32,000 nt of DNA, taken from NCBI RefSeq assembly GCF_000023965.1, contig NC_013202.1:150001-182000 (forward strand), given 5' to 3'. Under the pieces are notes generated by a model that was not told where the DNA came from, did no database searches, and saw only the letters and a program-made list of their open reading frames with translations. Each line of letters begins with the position of its first letter. Position 1 is the first letter of the stretch. Positions 26,049 to 32,000 of this stretch are shown piece after piece. The translations under genes and the position numbers were made by a program. The stretch comes from Halomicrobium mukohataei DSM 12286 (GTDB lineage: Archaea; Halobacteriota; Halobacteria; Halobacteriales; Haloarculaceae).

Positions 26049-26702
26049 ATGAGCGAACTCGCGCGCGAGGCGGCGATCGATCGAGCCGTCGAGATCGTCG
26101 ACGCCGTCGCCGAGCAGACCATGCCGGTACCGGTACGAGAGGTCTGGGTGTACGGCGACGTGGCACTCGGACTCGATCCGATCGATCGACTCGACGTGTA
26201 TCTGACGAAGGACATCCTGCTGCGCGACGACGCAGACCGAGAGCCCGAGTTTCGCGAACGACTGGGCGTCGAGGGCGTCGGCAAGACCGTCCGGGCGGCG
26301 TGGGCCGACGAGTACCCCGAGTACGTCCGTGCGAACGCCTCGGGCCACGCCGCACCCGAGCAGTGCCTGGCCGCACACCTACTGGAGGCGTCCGAACCGA
26401 TCCACCTCGAAGTGTGCAACGCCTCGTTCGAGGACAACGTCACCCAGCGCCTGAAGGGTGCCCGCGCACGCGGAAACTACAAACAGCTGCTCGATCCCCG
26501 CGGCGTCTGTCTGTGGGCCGAGGGCCAGCGCAGCGACTCGGCCGTCCGCAAGCTCCGAGAGAGCGAACTCGCATTTCCCACGCTGTCTGGCGCACTCGAA
26601 ACGCTGGGTATGGACCCCGCGGAAGCCGACGAGGCCGCCGACGCCGTCCGAGAGTACCGGGAACGGCAGGACGGACGAACGGTGCGGGGCGACGTGGTCT
26701 GA
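26049..26702 (+). CDS. Conserved hypothetical protein (possibly a degenerate nucleotidyltransferase-like fold)
   Basis: 217-aa acidic ORF. VWVYGDVALGLDPIDRLDVYL loosely resembles the G[SD]-x(n)-D-x-D strand-turn of the minimal NTase fold. Confidence 0.6.
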   Translation: MSELAREAAIDRAVEIVDAVAEQTMPVPVREVWVYGDVALGLDPIDRLDVYLTKDILLRDDADREPEFRERLGVEGVGKTVRAAWADEYPEYVRANASGHAAPEQCLAAHLLEASEPIHLEVCNASFEDNVTQRLKGARARGNYKQLLDPRGVCLWAEGQRSDSAVRKLRESELAFPTLSGALETLGMDPAEADEAADAVREYRERQDGRTVRGDVV

Positions 26703-26795
26703 TACGGACACACGACCGAGAGATCCCAACAGCAGGTGGCGACAGCCACAGTCGGGCGGTGTTCAGATGAGAGAGAGTAGCGTCATTCAGGCACG

Positions 26796-27134
26796 GAAAG
26801 CCCTCGGCCCGCTAGCCCGATCTGTGGCGGATATTCTCTCTCCGGTCGAATAGTGCCGCCGCAGATCGGGCTACCGAGCCTCGCCCTTCCATCCGCCAGG
26901 ATTCGGCTGCCTCACAGTCTGAACCCTGGCGGATGAAAGGGCGAGCGGCGTCCGCGGCGCTTGCGCCGCGGGCTCGGAAGAGCGTGCTCTTCCGGCGCTC
27001 GATCCCTCCCGGGCGACGGTGAGCCGAGCGGAGCGAAGCGAACGTCGGGAGAGCTTGCTCTCCCGGAACAAGCACGCGAACGTAGTGAGCGCGCGCAGCG
27101 AGCCCCGGAGCGGTCGAGCGACGCGAGGGCTTTC
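26796..27134. repeat. Dense array of perfect palindromes and long hairpins enclosed by long-range pairing (candidate structured RNA or REP/BIME-like element)
   Basis: Outer 11-bp pairing 26796-806/27124-134. 18-bp hairpin 26813-30/26856-73. 21-bp hairpin 26880-900/26925-45. Three 9+2+9 perfect palindromes at 26952-71, 26975-94 and 27046-65. Inner pairing 26996-27002/27114-20. Confidence 0.45.
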
Positions 27135-27227
27135 GGTGTCTGCAACTCAGCAAGCGCGGTCGCTTCTCTGAACACCACCCACAGTCGACGCCACAGCTAT
27201 TTTGCGCCGGGCCGTGAACCGCCGACG

Positions 27228-27644
27228 ATGAGTCAGTCCCTCCACCTCGCGATCCGAACCGTCCACGTCCTCGCGATGGCGCTGCTGGTCGGCGGCGCGG
27301 CCGGGCTCTGGGCCGCGGCCCGACGGCGCGTCGACGACCTCCACGTGCTGGCGAAACGCTACGAGTGGCTCTTCTGGGCCGCGCTGGGCGTGCTGGTCCT
27401 CACGGGCGTCGGCAATCTCGGTGCGCTCGGTGCGCCCGGCCCCGGCACTCGCTGGGGGCAGACGCTGCTCGCGAAGCTCGTGGTCGTCGCTCTGTTCGTC
27501 CTCGGCTCGGCCGTCCGAACGCTGGCCCTCACCCGGACCGACCGCTCGACGCCACTCGCCGCCTGGAGTCGGCGGGCGTACGGGCTGACGACGGTGACAC
27601 TGCTCGCGCTCGTCGTCCTGGCGGAGGTGCTGGCCCATGGCTGA
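27228..27644 (+). CDS. CopD-like four-helix membrane protein
   Basis: Start at MSQSLHLAIRTVHVLAMALLVGG (ATG 27228). The upstream part of the track ORF lies in the palindrome array. Four TM helices with an H-x-x-A-x-x-L-x-x-GG pattern, as in the CopD family. Confidence 0.65.
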   Translation: MSQSLHLAIRTVHVLAMALLVGGAAGLWAAARRRVDDLHVLAKRYEWLFWAALGVLVLTGVGNLGALGAPGPGTRWGQTLLAKLVVVALFVLGSAVRTLALTRTDRSTPLAAWSRRAYGLTTVTLLALVVLAEVLAHG

Positions 27645-28161
27645 GACCGCGGCCGCGTCCCGGCGCACACGCGAGACGATCGGACGACCGACGACGACGC
27701 TCACCGCGTGGACGCTCGCGACCACGAACACGGTGGGATTCGTCCTCGCCGTGCTGGTCCCCGCCTACGCCAGCGGCGGGCTCTCGGACGTGTTACCCTC
27801 GCTGAACACGGCGGTCGGCGTCGCGGGGTTTCTCGCGCTCTGGCTGGTCGTCGGAGCGACGACCCACTGGCTGCTGGGCCACGTCGACCCGTCCAGTGAC
27901 TCCCCGGTTCGGCTGACGCTGTGGGCCGGGAGCTGCGGGGCCCTCGCTGGCATCGTCTTCCTGGTCGGGATCGTCGTCGGTCTCGGTGTCCCGGCGGCAG
28001 TCGTCGGCTCGTTCGGACTGCAGACGGTCGTCCTGCTGGCGGCCACCGGGACGCCGGTCGCCGCCATCGTCGGGGCCGTCGTCGGCATCGCGGCGGGACT
28101 GCTGGACGTGGTCTTGCTCCGGATCGCCGACCGGGTCACTCCCCCGTCAGACCGACAGTGA
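27637..28161 (+). CDS. Polytopic membrane protein, function unknown
   Basis: Start overlaps the previous stop (ATGGCTGA). Four or five hydrophobic helices. Confidence 0.65.
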   Translation: MAETAAASRRTRETIGRPTTTLTAWTLATTNTVGFVLAVLVPAYASGGLSDVLPSLNTAVGVAGFLALWLVVGATTHWLLGHVDPSSDSPVRLTLWAGSCGALAGIVFLVGIVVGLGVPAAVVGSFGLQTVVLLAATGTPVAAIVGAVVGIAAGLLDVVLLRIADRVTPPSDRQ

Positions 28162-28927
28162 CGAAGAAGGGGACCGTCTCGGTCCGCTCGTACTCGCCGG
28201 CACCCATCTGATCGATCACGTCCCGACCCATCGACCGCCAGGCGTCCCGGAGCCGATCGAACTCGTCGTCGGGGACCGACGCGGCCAGCACGTCGGCCCG
28301 GTCTGCCAGCCCCGCGCCCGTCGCCTTTCGCTGTGCCGCGGTGAGTGCGGCCTCCGAGTACGGCGGCGTGACAGTGAGTCGCTGATCGTACCGCCGCGTC
28401 GAGACCACGTCCAGCCCGGCGTCGGGAAAGAGATCGGCCGCGCGCGCTCCGAGCGCCACGTCGGTGTCGACGCCGTCGAGGTAGAGCCGGCGCGCCCGTC
28501 GGGCCAGCGTCGGTTCGGCGTCGACCGTCGACTCGACGCTGACGGCGCTGTTGTCCGGTTCGATGACGGCGACGCGGTCGCTGGCGACTCTGGCGAACTC
28601 CGCGAGTGCCACCGCGGGCTCCGGGAGGTTGATCAGGAGTGCCTGACACACCACGATGTCGACGGCGTCGTCCGCGACTGGCAACCGCGTGGCGTCGCCA
28701 CGAACGACCGGCTGGGGGACGGTCGACAGCAGCGTCTCGTCGGCGTCGACGCCGATCACGTCGCCGGGCGACTCCTCGCGGAGCACCGCGGTGAGTTCGC
28801 CGCTGCCACAGCCGACATCGAGCACTCGCTGAGCGGTGTCGAGTTCGAGATCGGCGAGTGCCTCGCGGGAGTCACCCCACATGCCCCGGCGCGTGCGTTC
28901 GAGGTAGTCGGCGTCGAATCTGCGCAC
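28136..28927 (-). CDS. Class I SAM-dependent methyltransferase
   Basis: VLDVGCGSGELT motif I, VIGVDADE, and LPVADDAVDIVVCQALL. A GTG start at 28927 (VRRFDADYLERT) is preferred, because the ATG at 29026 would overlap the upstream gene by 60 nt. Confidence 0.8.
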   Translation of the reverse strand: MRRFDADYLERTRRGMWGDSREALADLELDTAQRVLDVGCGSGELTAVLREESPGDVIGVDADETLLSTVPQPVVRGDATRLPVADDAVDIVVCQALLINLPEPAVALAEFARVASDRVAVIEPDNSAVSVESTVDAEPTLARRARRLYLDGVDTDVALGARAADLFPDAGLDVVSTRRYDQRLTVTPPYSEAALTAAQRKATGAGLADRADVLAASVPDDEFDRLRDAWRSMGRDVIDQMGAGEYERTETVPFFVTVGLTGE

Positions 28928-28964
28928 GGCCGGGGTTGTCGTGCGACCGGCAAAAGGAGCCCGG

Positions 28965-29708
28965 TCACGCGCGTCGGAGCGACAGCCGTTCGGCGGCCAC
29001 GTCCTCCAAAACGGCGTGGGGGCCACCGATCCACTGACGGCCGTCGTCCTCGACGAGGATGGAGTTCTCGATTGGCAGTGAGGAAGACGCGGGATACACC
29101 ATCCGCTGGTGGACGTTCAGGACGCGACCGTCGACGGTGCGTTTGGCACCGGTCTCCGGATCTCGGCCCGTCGCACGGCATCGGATCGCCACCTCGTCCC
29201 GGAGGCACAGCGCGACGTTCGTCACGGCGTGTCGGATGCCGTCGTACGCCACGGGGAGTTCCGGCACTGCCCTGGCGTGGATCTCCGACGCGAACATCCA
29301 GAAGTTCGTGACGAAGTCCCGGTAGAGACCATGTGCGACCTCCTGAAAGTCGAACGTGGTGGCGACATCGTCAGAACCGTCGTCGGTGATCGAGGAGCCG
29401 TTGCCGATCAGTCCGCGTTCGTTGTCGACACAGCAGAACACGGGCGCGATGTCCTGTGACCTGCGTGCGACCGTCGACCGGCCAGCGAGCGACGGCAGTT
29501 CGTGTTTCGAGCGCTCGTCGTGTGGCGGGTCCCAGACCAACACGAGGACGAGCAATCCGCGATCGACGGCCGCCGAGAGCGTCGCATCGAGCTCCGGCAA
29601 CACCGTGTGGGGCACCGAGAGAGCGACTTCCGACACCGCACTGTCGGCCAGCTCTCGAACCCGGTCGAGAATGGCGTCGCGCTCGAACACCTCGGTGTCG
29701 ACAGTCAT
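28965..29708 (-). CDS. TrmB-family C-terminal (sensor/effector-binding) domain protein lacking the N-terminal HTH
   Basis: Start at MTVDTEVFERD (ATG 29708). The overall pattern (SVPHTVLPELD...GLLVLVLV...CVDNERGLIG...) resembles stand-alone TrmB_C proteins of haloarchaea. Assigned from memory. Confidence 0.6.
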   Translation of the reverse strand: MTVDTEVFERDAILDRVRELADSAVSEVALSVPHTVLPELDATLSAAVDRGLLVLVLVWDPPHDERSKHELPSLAGRSTVARRSQDIAPVFCCVDNERGLIGNGSSITDDGSDDVATTFDFQEVAHGLYRDFVTNFWMFASEIHARAVPELPVAYDGIRHAVTNVALCLRDEVAIRCRATGRDPETGAKRTVDGRVLNVHQRMVYPASSSLPIENSILVEDDGRQWIGGPHAVLEDVAAERLSLRRA

Positions 29709-29800
29709 CACCGACAACTGGTACCAGATGCCGATAAAACCACCTATGACCGAGAGTGATAGAGCACACGTTTTTATCGCTTGGATCCGGCAGTTCCCGC

Positions 29801-31336
29801 ATGGACGAGGGGACGACGGTGCTGTACGTGGGGGGGTACGGTAGCACCGAGCCACGAGACCACCTCGAAGCCGCGGGGTTCGAGGTCGAAAGCGTCGTCG
29901 GAGCAGCCGACGCGCGGGCCGCCGTCCGAGAGAATCGATCGATCGAGGTCTGTGTCACCAGATACGAGGTCCCGCGGGCCGACGGGATCGAGTTCCAGGG
30001 CGGGCTCGCGGTCGTCGACGCGGTCGAGGCCGAGCGGCCCTCGCTCCCGGTGATCCTCTTTACCCGGATGGCCAACCGAGACGTGGCACGCGAGGTCTCT
30101 GGACGGGACCTGTTCGACTACATACCGATCCAGTCGGGCGACGCACCCTACGATCGTCTGGTCCGGCGCACTCGAACGGCCGCGAGTCGGTACCGAACCG
30201 ACCGGCGCGTCGAACAGCTGTCGCGGATCAACGAGATCGTCCGAGACGTGAACCGCGAACTCGTCCGGGCCGACGACCGCGCAGGCGTCGAGCGAGCGGT
30301 CTGTGAGGAACTCACACAGCGGGGTGCCTACGAGTTCGCCCGGTTCGAAGGCGGCGAGGAGACCACGGCCCACGGCGACGAGGCGGACGGCGAGACGGTC
30401 GACCCGGACGCCCTCGCGAACCACCTCGGGGCGAGCGGGCCGGGCGTCGTCGATCTGGACGAGCGCTGGCAGCCCTACACCGCGGGCATCGTCGTCCCGG
30501 TCGCCATAGACGGGGTCGAATACGGCCGGGTGTTGCTGTGTACGACTCGCCCGGACGCCCTCGACGAGACCGAGCAGGAAGTGCTCGGAGAGCTGGGCGA
30601 GACGATCGCCGACGCGCTCGACGCCATCGAGACCCAGCAACAGCTGGCCGTCCGCGAGCGGGAGCTCGCAGAGCAGAACCGCCGGCTCGAACGGTTCGCT
30701 TCGATCGCCAGCCACGACCTCCGGAACCCCCTCCAGGTCGCCGACGGCTACGTCCAGCAGCTCCGAGAGGAGTCCGACGACGAGCGCCTCGACGAGATCA
30801 GCCAGGCGCTGGGACGCATCGGCACCATCATCGACGACGTGCTCGCGCTGGCCCGGACTGGGGACGGTGCGATGACGAAGACGGCTGTCGATCTGACGGC
30901 GGCCGTCGAGCGGGCCTGGGAGACGGTCGATACCGGTGGCGCGACCCTGGAGTGTGCGGTGTCGGGGACGGTCCGGGCCGACGAGGACCGCCTCGCGCGG
31001 CTCTTCGAGAACCTGTTTCGCAACGCCATGGAGCACGGCTTCACGGCGTCGGCGACCCAGAATCGGCGAGACGGCGAAAGTAGCAGGGATCTGACCGTCC
31101 GCGTCGTCCCGACCGAGAACGGCTTCGCGGTCGAGGACGACGGCGTCGGCATCCCGCGAGAGAAGCGAGAGTCCGTCGTCGAGCTGGGCCACTCGGAGGG
31201 CGGCGGGACGGGGCTCGGGCTGGCGATCGTGGCCCGAATCGCCGAGGCACACGACTGGACGGTCACTGTCGAGGAGAGCGATGCCGGCGGTGCCCGGTTC
31301 GTCTTCGCCGTCGGCGAGCCGGTGTCCGGCGCGTAG
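29801..31336 (+). CDS. Cytoplasmic hybrid-type histidine kinase: degenerate receiver, GAF-like domain, HisKA, HATPase_c
   Basis: Start at MDEGTTVLYVGG (ATG 29801). H-box FASIASHDLRNPL. LFENLFRNAMEHG, VEDDGVGIP and GGTGLGLAI boxes. Confidence 0.85.
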   Translation: MDEGTTVLYVGGYGSTEPRDHLEAAGFEVESVVGAADARAAVRENRSIEVCVTRYEVPRADGIEFQGGLAVVDAVEAERPSLPVILFTRMANRDVAREVSGRDLFDYIPIQSGDAPYDRLVRRTRTAASRYRTDRRVEQLSRINEIVRDVNRELVRADDRAGVERAVCEELTQRGAYEFARFEGGEETTAHGDEADGETVDPDALANHLGASGPGVVDLDERWQPYTAGIVVPVAIDGVEYGRVLLCTTRPDALDETEQEVLGELGETIADALDAIETQQQLAVRERELAEQNRRLERFASIASHDLRNPLQVADGYVQQLREESDDERLDEISQALGRIGTIIDDVLALARTGDGAMTKTAVDLTAAVERAWETVDTGGATLECAVSGTVRADEDRLARLFENLFRNAMEHGFTASATQNRRDGESSRDLTVRVVPTENGFAVEDDGVGIPREKRESVVELGHSEGGGTGLGLAIVARIAEAHDWTVTVEESDAGGARFVFAVGEPVSGA

Positions 31337-31395
31337 GCGTCGGCCGAGCGCACCCCGTCGCGGCTCTCTTCTGTAGTAACAATTGAAACGATTTA

Positions 31396-31431
31396 CACAC
31401 CGATCGCACTGCAGTCGTGCGATCGGGTGTG
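31396..31431. terminator. Hairpin between convergent kinase and nfo genes
   Basis: CACACCGATCGCAC (31396-409) pairs with GTGCGATCG(G)GTGTG (31417-31), with one bulged G and loop TGCAGTC. An imperfect outer repeat TTGAAA.../...TTTCAA flanks it. Confidence 0.45.
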
Positions 31432-31461
31432 CATTGATTTTCAATGGCTACTATAGCAGTG

Positions 31462-32000
31462 TCAGGCGTTCCCCAGCTCTCTGGCGCGTTCGATGTTCCA
31501 CTCGAAGCCCCGGCCGTCCTCGGTCGGGGTCTCCAGAACGAAGGGAACGTCTTCGAGGGCTTCGTGGGTCAACAGCGCGGCCATCCCCTCCTCGCCGATG
31601 TACCCCTCGCCGAGGTGGGCGTGTTCGTCCTTGTTGGTGCCACACTCGTGTTTCGAGTCGTTGAGGTGGATGCAAGCGAGGTTGTCGAGTCCGACCACGT
31701 CGTCGAACTCGGCGATAGTCTCGGCGACGCCGTCGGCCGTCGAGATGTCGTAGCCCGCCGCGAAGGCGTGGGCCGTGTCGACACAGACTTCGAGGTCCTG
31801 CTCGGAGCGGTCGAGCACCTCGGCGAGGTGTTCGAACTCGCCGCCGAGTTTCGTCCCGCTGCCGGCGTCGGACTCGACGAGCACCGTGACGCCGTCGGGA
31901 ATCGTCAGTTCGTCCAGCGCGCTCGCGGCGTTGTCGAGACCGCCCTCGACACCGGCTCCCGTGTGCGCACCGAGGTGGACGTTGACGTACTCGACGCCGA
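31462..32000 (-). CDS. nfo: Deoxyribonuclease IV (endonuclease IV), N-terminus outside window
   Basis: [21 protein letters not shown] and [12 protein letters not shown] metal-binding motifs of the Nfo/AP endonuclease 2 family. The frame stays open to the window end. Confidence 0.85.
   Translation of the reverse strand, partial: GVEYVNVHLGAHTGAGVEGGLDNAASALDELTIPDGVTVLVESDAGSGTKLGGEFEHLAEVLDRSEQDLEVCVDTAHAFAAGYDISTADGVAETIAEFDDVVGLDNLACIHLNDSKHECGTNKDEHAHLGEGYIGEEGMAALLTHEALEDVPFVLETPTEDGRGFEWNIERARELGNA

Noticed and set aside
26952-27065. CRISPR array
   Set aside because: The three 20-nt palindromes differ in sequence and are irregularly spaced (3 nt and 51 nt apart). No cas genes are nearby.
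26796-27134. Identification of the palindrome array as RNase P RNA or SRP (7S) RNA
   Set aside because: GGAAAGCCCTCGG superficially resembles the RNase P CR-I GGAAAGUCCGGGC. However, I found no ACAGNRA...GGCUUA-type CR-V, no helix-8 GGAAGGGAGCA-type SRP motif, and the size and architecture do not fit.
26961-27227. Upstream 89 codons of the 227-aa ORF as part of the CopD-like protein
   Set aside because: This part is translated from the palindrome array (Arg/Ser/Ala/Glu low complexity). The membrane protein begins naturally at MSQSLHLAIRT (27228).

Overview
High-GC window with the coding style of a haloarchaeon: acidic proteins, long Arg/Pro-rich shadow ORFs on both strands, GTG starts, and TATA boxes about 30 nt upstream of start codons. 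Backbone genes are an S9 peptidase (partial), a GT2 glycosyltransferase, an oversized QueC-like PP-loop protein, the cell-division locus cdrL-cdrS-ftsZ2, the tRNA thiolation gene ncsA, two sensor histidine kinases, a REC-HalX response regulator, a SAM methyltransferase, a TrmB-type sensor-domain protein, a CopD-like membrane pair and endonuclease IV (partial). From about 5.4 to 14.6 kb lies a mosaic, visibly AT-richer accessory region. It contains a tyrosine-recombinase element inserted beside tRNA-Tyr(GUA), bounded by diverged ~160-nt direct repeats that include the tRNA 3' end. The element carries hicB-hicA, a wHTH regulator and a PD-(D/E)xK-like nuclease, plus several decapitated, frameshifted or internally deleted genes. 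Best follow-up candidates: (i) a 703-aa protein with a C-terminal CHAT/caspase-like His-Cys domain, a KaiC-like pseudo-ATPase and a REC-HalX regulator, wedged between ftsZ2 and ncsA, with an AT-rich foreign-looking 3' end and an unannotated 45-codon membrane-peptide ORF; (ii) the 443-aa QueC-like protein; (iii) a ~340-nt intergenic array of perfect palindromes closed by long-range pairing at 26.8-27.1 kb. No rRNA, CRISPR array or cas genes were seen. All functional calls come from motif recognition by eye, not database searches.
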